From contig NIVC01001095.1 in assembly GCA_002269645.1 (NCBI GenBank), positions 297,117 through 361,116 of the forward strand: DNA of 64,000 bases, written 5' to 3'. The notes under the pieces are model-generated. The model made no database searches, had not been told where the DNA came from, and saw nothing but the letters and a program-made list of their open reading frames with translations. Below are positions 38,401-49,400 of the stretch, one piece after another. Source of the stretch: Macrostomum lignano (taxonomy: Eukaryota). The first letter of the stretch is position 1; the number at the start of each line of letters is the position of its first letter. The position numbers and the translations under genes were made by a program.

Positions 38401-39973
38401 CAGACCATCCTTGAAGTTTATTGAACGGAATGCCTTGCCGGATAATGAAGAGCAGGCCGCCGCCTTTAAAGTTCGGGTCGCAGCGGGCGGTTTTACGGTC
38501 CTTGCGGATGGTGCTGAAGCCCGGGATGCAGGGGTTTTGTTGAAGGAGGTGAGCTTCGACTCTTGAACCGCAATAACGTCGGCCTGAAGCCGGGATGCAA
38601 GGTCCTCAAGCTCCCCCATTTTGTTGCTGATCCCATCCGCATTCCATTGAATAATTTTGAGCTCGGGTTTCTTGCAGTCTTACCCAGCTTCCGAGTGGCT
38701 CCCCCCAACAGGAGTAGGGTCAGGGTCCTCAGGGGAGGGCGGGCATTGGAGGCAGGTGGCTTCGGTGCAGCGACCGCATCTCCAAAGCCCACGACTGATT
38801 TCTTTTTTATCTGGTCGCGCGTGGCTTGCATGCAGGCGTTATGGAAGAATCCTTCACAGGCATTGCAGCAGGCGATGGTGGAGCTGACGCGCATTGGTTT
38901 CCGACAATTGTTGCATTTAGGTTTCTCCTGCCGGATATGGTTGAGCAGGGCTTGCCTGCGAGCGGTGTGCTCCGTGGGCTGGAAGATAGGGGTGGACGGT
39001 TGGTCAGAGGACGACGAGTCTGTCTGGGTGGTGGGGCCGTTCTCGCAATTGGCGCAGTGCCATTCCTGGGCGTCCGCGGCCTTATTCGCGGCCCAGCGAC
39101 TCAACCCGGAGCATTCCCTCTGCAGATGGAAGCGGCTGTTACATCTCGCGTAGGTGAGGAACTTGCCGCGCAGAGGGCGGCCGCAGCTGACGTGTCCGCA
39201 GCTGTTAGCAGGCCCCGGGTTGGTCTCAACATCGCCGGCCTTGAGCAACAGAAGAGCGGGGAGGTAGCGGGCCGGATACTTGGCTCCCCCGGTGTTAGAA
39301 CCGATACGCGCTCCTCTTTCAGTGCAATCACGCTCGCTGGACGCGGTGTCCGAGTTATGGCGCTCTTCGTACACCCCCATTGGGCGTGTTTCCCCTCTGC
39401 GACGAAAACGCGGCGCCAAGTAGGAGCTACGACAAAGTCGTAGACCGGACGTAGAGTCCGGTGGGAGGAGTGCTGGTGGAGTTGCTGGTGGAGTGAGTGT
39501 TGCTGGTGGAGTGGGTGTTGCTGGTGGAGTGGATGTTGCTGGTGGAGTGGATGTTGCTGGTGGAGTGGGTGTTGCTGGTGGAGTGGGTGTTGCTGGTGGA
39601 GTTGCTGGTGGAGTGAGTGTTGCTGGTGGAGTGGGTGTTGCTGGTGGAGTGGGTGTTGCTGGTGGAGTGTGTTGCTGGTGGAGTGGGTGTCGCTGGTGGA
39701 GTGGGTGTTGCTGGTGGAGTTGCTGGTGGAGTGGGTGTTGCTGGTGGAGTTGATGGTGGAGTGGGTGTTAGTGGAGACGGGACTTAAGGCTAGTCATTTA
39801 TGTTGGCTAGATAAAAAGGTTTTGCTTAGTAGTATAAGTATTAGAGATTTTACCTGCACCTTTGATCCATCGCTGCCGTCTTTTTCTTCACTATTTTCGA
39901 TGTGATTGCCGGAAGAATCGACGCCTACAGTATTTTCTTTTTTGCAGCATCTTTGCAGGCAGTGACTAGACAT
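26378..39973 (-). CDS. Major facilitator superfamily transporter, MFSD4/NaGLT1-like, 507 aa; exons 39973-39854, 34748-34376, 34205-33857, 31307-31082, 26833-26378
   Basis: Phase-compatible GT-AG chain (1524 nt). Motifs GPTLPYLA, LHFCVGLGGFLAPLL, HAGQESGFW, LYGLCIAMVFPTGI; multiple TM segments. Confidence 0.85.
31450..31575. repeat. Three diverged copies of a ~40-bp unit rich in CCAAT (AGCCAATCAAGGACCAATGCTCGTAACTTCT)
   Basis: Directly visible, next to the 3' end of the LINE fragment. Confidence 0.7.
31740..33730 (-). mobile_element. 5'-truncated, frameshifted non-LTR retrotransposon (RT; RTE-like) in MFS intron 3
   Basis: IVPIPEK...RGISLMS, EQNGFRP, FVDFRKAFNS, GVLQGDTLAPFLF; C-terminal RLLRAA and RRYVDCL segments lie in shifted frames. 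Confidence 0.9.
34765..34982. repeat. 18-bp repeat (GCTGGTGGAGTGGGTGTT)n at the 3' end of the I-group LINE
   Basis: Directly visible. Confidence 0.92.
39210..39263 (-). other. 2A-like ribosomal skipping (StopGo) peptide LPALLLLKAGDVETNPG|P
   Basis: Exact D(V/I)ExNPGP consensus preceded by a Leu-rich tract, in frame near the N-terminus of the LINE ORF. Confidence 0.9.
39463..39768. repeat. Same 18-bp repeat at the 5' end of the I-group LINE
   Basis: Directly visible. Confidence 0.92.
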
Positions 39974-42889
39974 TCTTGCTGGTCTTAGCGACTAGATTTT
40001 TACAATTTCATTCCCGACCAGTTTTTGTACCTCAAAGCAATGCAACCTCGTTATCAGTGGAGGTATACATTTGCATGTACAGATAGAACTGAAAGTTTAC
40101 AGTTTTTTCACGTCAATATTGCGCAGAAACGGTTAAAATTGCTTGCACCCATATTCAATTTGACCAATGAACGGCGCGTGTAGATATCTATCTACAGGAG
40201 CGTACGCATAACACTTTTTATGTACCTGCAGTACTTTTCTGTATTATCGACAATCAAAGCGTCACCTCGATCTTCATGAGTTCTGCTTCTGCAGCAAACG
40301 ATCGAACTCTATATCTTACAATGTATATACAATAACATTTCTTTTAATATGCTCGTTTTTAAGCCTATGCATAAATTCGTGTTTTAGAGAGCATGTGACA
40401 AAATATTAGAAATCAAAAAGCCACTTATAACGTAAAAGACAGGAATTTCGAGGTACATGTAATAGCGTTGTTAGAGCTACATGCCTCATGTACATGCGTG
40501 CAATAAGAGTTGGGCACGCCATATGCAAGGACCACTAGTAGGACTACTTAAGTAGTCCGTGGCCATATGACGGGAGTTGTCAAGAAAACATGGAGGTTTG
40601 GTTTGGTGAACGTTGAGGGGGCATTTACGTAAGCACGGCACGCGGTTGAGGAGGCCGGGGTGCGTAGCTAGGATTGCGTTGCACATGACCGGGAGCTAGA
40701 ATAGCAGCAAAAGTTGAAAAACTACATTGATAAAGCAATTTCCGTGTTTTCCCTTTTCAAAACCCTTTTCCCTTTTCCCTTTTTTCGAGAGCCTATTAAA
40801 TTTGGTAATATCAAATACAAAGGAAGTCGAGTCATTTGTCTGCGCGCCAATTGGGTCATTTCGAAATATAACTGATCGATGTAAACAAGTACTTATACAT
40901 TTAATTTTCTGTATGGCTCTGAAGTACATGTTGTATCTGTACAAGTTGTGAGAGTATATATATCAACAAAATCTTCTTTCCTTTTCAGTTCATTGCCTTT
41001 TTTGCAGCATATCTAAATATACATGCAGTTACTACCTGCAGTTACTACGTATACAAGTATACATGCAGTTAATTAAATGCAGTAGTACTAGCATCCCCAA
41101 GTGGCTGTTAACGAACTGGGCTGCTTTTTTCTACTACTACCATATAAATTGTAGCAATAAATGCTAGTTGAATTGAATCTCATTTGCTTAACAAGAATAA
41201 CATAGTATTAGTGTACATGTGTAAGGTATAGCTACAATTATGTTGCATATGACCGGATCGAATTTGACTGCCATTTTTGAATCAATTATTCAGGTACATG
41301 TGGGACCCACATCCCTTCCTGAACTTGCTATAAACTCACAAAGTTGACACAAGGACTACTAGACTAGACTACTAATATTCCAGTGTCCTTGAGTAAACGA
41401 CAAAATACTGAAGTATATTGAAGTACACTGAGGTCCACCTGAAGTACATGTACTTTAAAGTCCAGATTGGAATTTTTTAAAGTATATGTAGATGCTGCGT
41501 TGAAAACGTTACATTCCAAGATGAGACTGAAATATAAGTTTAAACGATTTTTTACTAAAAACATTTACGCATGAGTATTGTCTTAAGATTTGTTTAAACT
41601 TTTCCATGCACACGTGCACGCACGAACACTTTTTACAAACAAGGAACCATATCCCGGCAGTCTTCAATTTGGTCAGAGACTCAGTCAGATGGCAAATGGC
41701 AAGATGGATAGGACATGGATAGAAATTAGATTGCTGGTAGTGCAATTATAAATTATCATAGCCTATTCTATGTATCTTCCATACTCATTTGGATACTATG
41801 ATACCTGTTGTCCATTGTGACTTCCATCTGATCTTGTGACTTGATTACTAGGCCTAATAACTAGTACTGTTCCATGTTCCTATGACTTGGGATGAATCAT
41901 GATTCGTGAACGAAACTAGAACTAAAAGTCATCGTCTACAACTAAAGCTACAAACAAACAAATACAAAAGTCATTAAATTTACAATGTTATTATTCAGTT
42001 AGGCCTAGCCTAGGCCTAAGTCTTTAAGATCTTGTCTGGTGTTACTTTTTTACCAGGCCTAACTAAATTAAGTATTTATCTTTAAGTTTAGGTTATCAAA
42101 AAGTATATGCTAAATTTTTTTCTCTTGAAAAATAGGTTTGAAATATGTCATTGCTTTCTGTATAACTAGGGGCTAGGCCTAGGCCTATATAGTCATATTG
42201 TAAAGTATAATAGGCCTACTTCAGCTATCTAGCCTTGTATATGTCAACTAGTACTAGTACTAGGCCTAGCCTAAGCCCTGGCCTAAGTAAGTAGGGGCCT
42301 ATATATAAAAATATATAGTGTTGCAGCAATATAAGAACCTTTCTTGCATTATGACATTTTGATCTTTTGTAGGGCCTATGCCAATAGCTATACCATACAC
42401 TAGCTAGCTCTAGCCTATGGTGCAATTTTCTATTGGATTGTTCCATATACTAGATACTTTATGCTGACCATTTTTTCAGGGAATTGACTATGATTTGGAA
42501 GTGGAGATCTATAGCTATGGTAGAACTCTATTTAAAAGTTTGCTTAATGAATGGTAAATGGATTTTTCAATGCATATGTTTTGCACTTTATATGCCTTTT
42601 AGGCACTTACTAGGCAAAATAAGGCACTTTCTATGCCTTAGTTTCTTGATAAATTGGTCAAGAAAGTTATGTTATGTGCATCAAAGACCAGATTACCATG
42701 TTTAGTATGCTATAATGTGCTAAATATATCAAAGATCTTTGTATTTGCTAGAATTTTATGGCAATCTTCCATATTAATGTGCAAGGCAAAAAATTATTAT
42801 GTATAGTATATATTTAGCACTATGGACTATAACTATGCCTAGTGTGATTTTTATATAAAAAAATAGTCACATTATTCTTAAATAAGTTA

Positions 42890-43560
42890 TCTCTACCTAT
42901 AAAAATCAAAACTCTGTCTGTCTGTCTGTGGACAAATTACTTCGCTATGGACTCCCAAACTGCTCAACCAACCAAATTACACCAAACTTTACACCCACCC
43001 TAAACTCACTACGGAGAATGTCTTAGGCTACCTTTTAATTTCCTAGACTCAAGTCTTCCTACCTAAAAGTACAAAAAACTGCTCAAAATGCGCGATTTTT
43101 TCACTAAATCCTCCATAGCGCCGCTCCACTTCTACCGATTCTCTTCAAATTTGACACAGGCAATTTTTAACTATTTTGACACAATCATGTAAAATTTCAA
43201 ATCTCAAATTTAATCCTGAAAGCTGCTGTGCACTTTTAAAGTTAGGCTGTTTTTTTCAGCGTAGCAACCACCCCGACCTCCGCCCGCCTGCCTCTCTTTC
43301 TTGAACTGGGCCCAGATGTGTAAAAGGGGTTTCAAAATTGACTAACTTTCAGCTGCCATAAGTTTGCTCCACGTAAAGCGATTGACTTCAAACTTGACAC
43401 AATTCTTCATTGACTCATTCTCTGTCAAAATGTAAAATTTCAACTCTGTAACCCAATCAGAACAGAAACTGTAAGCACGTGAAGTTTGTCTGCTTTTTCT
43501 GTTATTTGTGCCACTCACTCACTCATTCCCCCAGAGCCAGACCAAGGGTCAGGCAATAGG
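42890..43560 (+). mobile_element. Probable Helentron-associated interspersed element (HINE/DINE-1-like); 3' boundary uncertain
   Basis: CTATAAAAATC..., short (TCTG)n, then ...TGCTCAACCAACC...ACCAAACTTT; internal repeats at about 43132-43205 and 43376-43447. The resemblance to DINE-1 architecture is recalled, not computed. Confidence 0.45.
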
Positions 43561-44119
43561 ACTGAATGTACATAGCAAATGTACAGTGTTTTGGAATAGC
43601 TTTCTTTATATCACTCTTTGCACCCCCGTGGAGGCTACGTTTAGCCACAACAGTTTAGTGAGAAATTCTAACCACTGCCCTCACCTCTGTATTGGCAAAC
43701 TCTGCAGCAGTTTAACAGAGGATGGCAATTGGCAAATCAAGGCAATCTGGCATGGTTTGTGAAAGTGAAAGATTTATGAAAAGGCAATGCAATGCAATAC
43801 AACCCTACTAAATTAGGCACACCATGGAAATTTTGTTTCTCTTAAAAGTACTTTAAATTTTAAATGTCCTCCTAAGAAATGCGTATTTCCTTGATTGTTA
43901 GACTGATGCAGACTGCAGTGGAGCTGAAGATACATAAATTCCTTTCAGGACTGCAAATTGGCAAGAAAGATGACGTGATCAAAGCATGAGAACAGCCATG
44001 AGAGTACTACGTCCCACAAACTGGCTTTCCAAGCAGGAATGGGCAGATTTTTACTTCAAAAGCCAGATAAAGAATCCAGCTTATGTGCAGGCCAGATGAG
44101 AGTGGAAAGGAGAAGGAAT

Positions 44120-44988
44120 AGACTGTTAGAAGAGAGGAGAGGCGAGAGGGGGATATAAGAAAACATTGAACATACGAGTAAGAGGAAGAGACAAGTGATG
44201 AGGACGAGGAGAGAGCAGAGAAGAAGGGAGGAAGAAGCGAGAGGAGGGGAGAAAGGAGGGAGAGAAAAGAGTAAAGGTGAGAAGAGGGGAGAGATGAGAC
44301 AGAGGATCGATGAGAGGAGAGTAGAGAAGAGTGAGAAGATAGTAGAGATTAGAGAGCAGAAAGAAGAGGACAGGGTCAATAGGAGAGGAGAGATTAGAGA
44401 GGAGAGATTAGAGAGGAGAGAGTAGAAAGGATAGAGAAGAGAGGAGATAAGATGGGGAGAGAGGAGTGAGAAGAGAAGAGATAGAGATAAGAGAGGGGTG
44501 TATGAAGAGGGGAGAAAGGAGAGATGAGAGAGTAAAGGGAAGAGGAGAAGAGAGGAAAGAGATGAGATTGCAGAGATGAGACAGATGAAAGGAGAGATGA
44601 GAGAGTAAAGATGAGAGATGGAAAAGGTGAGAGGAGAGTGCAGAGAGACGAGAGAAGATAATAGAGGAGAGAGAGTATAGAAGAAGGAAGAGAAAAGAAG
44701 AGAGGAGTAAGGAAAGAGAGGAGTCAGAAGAGGTGAAAGAGAAGAGTACAGAGGAGATAAGTGAGAGAACGTATTAGAGAGTAAAGATGACAGATGAGAG
44801 AGCAGAGATGAGGGTGAACAGACGAGAGATGGGAGAGTAGAGAGAACAGAGGAGAGATAAGAGAGAAGAGATTACAGAGACTAGAGGAGAGAGGAGAGAC
44901 AGGGAGACAGAAGAGGAAATAGGAGAATGAAGAAGGGAGAGAGTAGAGAGGAGAAGAGAGATGGGAGAGGAGAGATGAGAGAGAGAGT

Positions 44989-45028
<40 letters not shown>

Positions 45029-45475
45029 GAGACAGAGAGAGAGAGAGAGAGAGAGCGCAGAGCAGAGAGAAACGAGAAGAGATAAGAGAGAAAAGATAAA
45101 AGAAGAGAAAGGAGAGATAAAAACGCAGACAAGAGAGAAGAGAGGTGAGGGAAGAGACGAGCGACGAGGGGAGAGAGAAGAGATAAAACAAGAAAAGAAA
45201 TGAGAGGAAAGAGAGAGGAAAGAGGTGAGAGAAGAGACGAGAGAAGAGGGGAGAGAGGAGAGAGAGAAAACGAAAAAGTAGAGAGGAGAGAGGAGAGGGA
45301 GAGAAAAGAAGAGACAAGAGATGAGATAAGAGAGATGAAAGAGAAGAGAGATGAGGGAAGATACGAGAGAAGAGGGGAAAAGGGAGAGAGGAGAGAGGAG
45401 AGACGAGGGACGAGAGAGATGAGAGGAAACAAAGAGACGATAGAAATTTTAAAGGATCCAAGGGACGTAGGGAGA
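44120..45475. repeat. Purine-rich (GA) low-complexity tract
   Basis: Almost exclusively A/G over about 1.35 kb. Confidence 0.92.
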
Positions 45476-46218
45476 GTCAGGGAGAGACCAGAGTTTAGCA
45501 ATATATGTTTTAGAGTCAGACAGACATTGCCTGACATTCTGCGCAGTACCCCAGCCAACAATGTCTCAAACCCTAATTTTACACGAATGTGCTCCATTTT
45601 ATGTCTACCTCTATCCTACTAACTATTAACAAGTTTTTGTTTGTGTATGGCCTTAGACTTCAGAATACATGCAAAAGTAGTTCCGGGTATTGGAATTCCC
45701 CGGGTTCAAAATCCGCGGGTTTCAACAGCTTGTTAATATATATATATGCTTAATCCCACGTTAATTGAAGCGTAGTAAGCTTGTACTTTATATATTAAAG
45801 GTTACTAAATAAAATTATTGTCTTAGTCTTATATTAGCTACTTGATAAATGAGGTAAAGTATAGGTAGATTTTATAGTTAGAGATAAAGCAATAGGAATA
45901 GGAATATTGCTAGCTTTAAAGCTTTTATAAGGGAAACTTTTAAGTTTGTGTACTTAGAGACTCAAGAAATTAGACTTTTAGTGCCATGTGCACATTGTGT
46001 AATTAGGATAGTGAGAGCTAAAGTTATAATGTTTTGTTACTTTCTAAAGTAAACTATTGAGAAGCTAGTGCCATTAAACTAAATTTCATTAACAGTTATA
46101 AGAAATGTATTCTAGAGCCTATAGGTATAGATAGGATATAGGAAAAAAATTAGATATGGCTCAGGTATAAATACAAAAAAAAATTTGGGTTATTGTAAAA
46201 CTTCCTTGTAGGGCTAGT

Positions 46219-46405
46219 GGGTTGTAGTCTAGTGGTTAGAATGTCAAACTCACAACTGAAACATCTGGGGTTCAATTCCTAACCTACCCAGAACAATTTG
46301 TGTCCTTGAGCAAGACACTTAACTCTGCACTGCTTCAGTTCACCCAGCTGTAAAATGGGTGCCAGCATTAGCCGGGATAATTGCCAGTGTGTGGCGACCC
46401 CCCAG
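46219..46405 (+). mobile_element. CORE-type SINE, family B, with tRNA head, 3'-truncated
   Basis: A-box TAGTCTAGTGG, B-box GGTTCAATTCC, then the CORE-like segment. Confidence 0.82.
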
Positions 46406-46414
46406 CTGGAACCC

Positions 46415-49400
46415 ATGCCAGCAGCAACTGATCCTCTGGCTTTGGACAGCAGGCTTGTCAAGCCGCAGCGCTGGGAGCCAAAACTGTTTGGCTGGACTCT
46501 GCTGACCCAATTCAGCAATCCGTGGGAGTTCCCACTGCCCAGCCCTCTGCGCTACCTCATGTTCCTGATGAGTTCCCGGTATCGCAACCGCCCACCTGTG
46601 CCGGACCCACGCGAGCTCGACATTCGCCTGCCAGTGACTCGGCCGGATTTCTCCTTATCACTTGGCGACAACAAATCCGTGTCCGTGACCTGGCTGGGAC
46701 ACGCCAGCTGCTTGTTCACTTTTCCTAACGAAGTTCGCGTACTGTTCGATCCCCTGCTTGGCAGCCGGGCGTCGCCTGTGTCCTGGATTGGGCCGCAGCG
46801 GCAGCGACCGGCTCCATGCTCGCCTGAGCAGCTGCCCAACCTCCTGGCTGTCTGCATCAGCCATAATCATTTCGATCACATGGACCGAGCCACATTGAAT
46901 CAGCTGCGCGAGCTTCAGCCTTGGCTGCACTTTTATGTGCCGGTGGGAGACGCCTGGTGGATGACTAAGTACTGCGGAGTGCCTGCCAACCAGGTTAGTT
47001 AGTAGTAGTTTGTATTTGACTCTGCAAATGTTTGCTACATTGCTGAGCCTTATTAATCTGAGCAGTTATGTTCTACGTACAATTGCATATTTTCTGTGCC
47101 CAAAAACCATTAAAATGGCACGGCTCGGCTCATTGGTTTTATAAATCTATTCTATCATTCTTATCTGACTCTGTGTAACAATATGTGTAACAGAGAAGAT
47201 AAATAGATCATTCATAAACCAATGAGTCGAGCTGGGCCATGCATTTTTAGGATTTCTAGGAACTCATTTTTAGGAACTCATTTTATTACTGTCATGTTTT
47301 ATGTAACTTCAAGCTCTTACAGTTTCACGAGGTCGTGAATATATTTTATTATCCTTTATGTTTGACATTGACTGACAGGTGCACGAACTGTCCTGGTGGG
47401 AGTCGGTAGTCCTGCCGGAATCGAATCTAGAAATTATATTCACTCCCAGCAGTCACTGGAGCGGCAGGAATCTGTTTGATAAAAACTGCAGTTTGTGGGG
47501 CAGCTACGTATTGCGGCATGGCAACTCTGCCGTGTTCTTTGGCGGCGACACCGGATATCAGGCGGATGTCTTCAAACAGATTGGCCGGCTCTACGGGCCA
47601 ATGAAACTTGCCGCCATTCCTATTGGTGCCTACCAGCCCCGGTGAGTCACTGCATGAGGGTGGGGCCGTAGCCCAGTGGTCTGGCGCGACGCTCTGATGT
47701 GCCAGCGGCCCAGGCTCGATTCCCAGTGCAGTCACATTAATTTTGAGGCTAAATTGGAATCTCGGCTTGGCTCTGCTCGTGCAGTTAACGTCCTTGAGGG
47801 CCAACCCCCAGGGCACAGTGAAGTGTACATGCCTAACGATAAAGTTAGGGCCGCTGTGCACTCCTGTGTGAGTGCGTGCCTGCTCAGGGGAGTCGGCGAG
47901 ATGGGCAGCAATGCCTCTCGCCGGTTGTGTGACAATGTTACTTAAAGTGCGCCTGGATGCACACAGCTCCCGGCCTCTAAAAAAAAAAATCTGCTGAGCT
48001 GTCTCCATCCATTGAGTGACTCAGGGAGATGGTGCTAGATGATAGTTGCTTAGAAATGAAGTTTTATTCATATACTACTCATTTACTACTGGCATTGAGT
48101 ATAAGTAGTGCAGATTCACTTTTTAATTTTTTTACAATATTACACAACAGGGACGTCTTCGAAGCGCAGCACGTATCGCCCATTGAAGCGGTTAAAATAC
48201 ACCAAGACGTTAAAAGCGAAAAATCTGTTGGAATCCATTGGGGTACATTCTGCCTGTCAACTACCGAGGTAGGTGCTGAGATCAGGTTTGATGCTGGGTT
48301 TCTCATGGTCAGGTGTGACCGTCATTTTACGTGTCTCAGGTGTGACCGTCATTTTACGTGTCTCAGGTGTGACCGTCATTCCGTCATTTCAAGTGTCTCA
48401 GGTGTGACCACCATTTCAAGTGTCTCAGGTGTGACCGTCATTCCAAGTGACCCTTCAGTGTGACCACCATTTCAAGTGTCTCAGGTGTGACCGTCATTTC
48501 AAGTGTCTCAAGTGTGACCGTCATTTCACGTGTCTCAGGTGTGACCACCATTTCAAGTGTCTCAGGTGTGACCGTCATTCCAAGTGACCCTTCAGTGTGA
48601 CCATCATTTCAAGTGTCTCAGGTGTGACCGTCATTCCAAGTGACCCTTCAGTGTGACCATCATTTCAAGTGTTTCAGGTGTGACCATCATTTCAAGTGTC
48701 TCAGGTGTGACCATCATTTCACGTGTCTCAGGTGTGACCACCATTTCAAGTGTCTCAGGTGTGACCGTCATTCCAAGTGACCCTTCAGTGTGACCATCAT
48801 TTCAAGTGTCTCAGGTGTGACCATCATTTCACGTGTCTCAGGTGTGACCATCATTTTACGTGTCTCAGGTGTGACCATCATTTCACGTGTCTCAGGTGTG
48901 ACCATCATTTCACGTGTCTCAGGTGTGACCATCATTTCACGTGTCTCAGGTGTAACCGTCATTTCACGTGTCTCAGATGTGACCGTCATTCCGTCATTTC
49001 ACGTGTCTCAGGTGTGACCGTCATTTCACGTGTCTCAAGTGTGACCATCATTCCAAGTGTCCCAGGTGTGACCGTCATTTCAAGTGACCCTCTAGTGTGA
49101 CCATTGTTTCACGCTTCTCAGATGTGACCTTAAATTATTTTCTTATATTCTCTTTGATTTTAGCCATGCTAAGGCATCACCACAGCAGGTGCAAATGAGA
49201 AAATTTCATTTAATCCTCTTCTTGATCTGGTTAGTTGAAAAAACCGCTTGTCAAGCCCTTCGCTTCGAAGCCTTGCGATAGAGTTCGTAGAGTTTTTTAA
49301 GAGCTCTAAGGATGAAAAGCCGCAAATTTGATAATCTCGCTTCCTGAGAAGACAGAAGCCATGACGGCTACCGTCTTCATGCTTCACTCGCTTCTCCGAA

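Larger units (their letters stand above)
34761..39777 (-). mobile_element. Decayed I-group (Ingi-like) non-LTR retrotransposon: 2A peptide, two PHD-like fingers, APE, RT, RNase H, CCHC; in MFS intron 1
   Basis: QWNADG and AVQESKL (APE); DCSRAFDRV and YADDLAL (RT); FTDGF...EAELIAI...TDSQS...WMPGHAGIPGN (RNase H); many frameshifts; TAGTGGAGA at both ends (34761-34769 and 39769-39777). Confidence 0.9.

Noticed and set aside
44056-45622. Leu/Ser-rich and Arg/Glu-rich ORFs
   Set aside because: Translations of the GA low-complexity tract.
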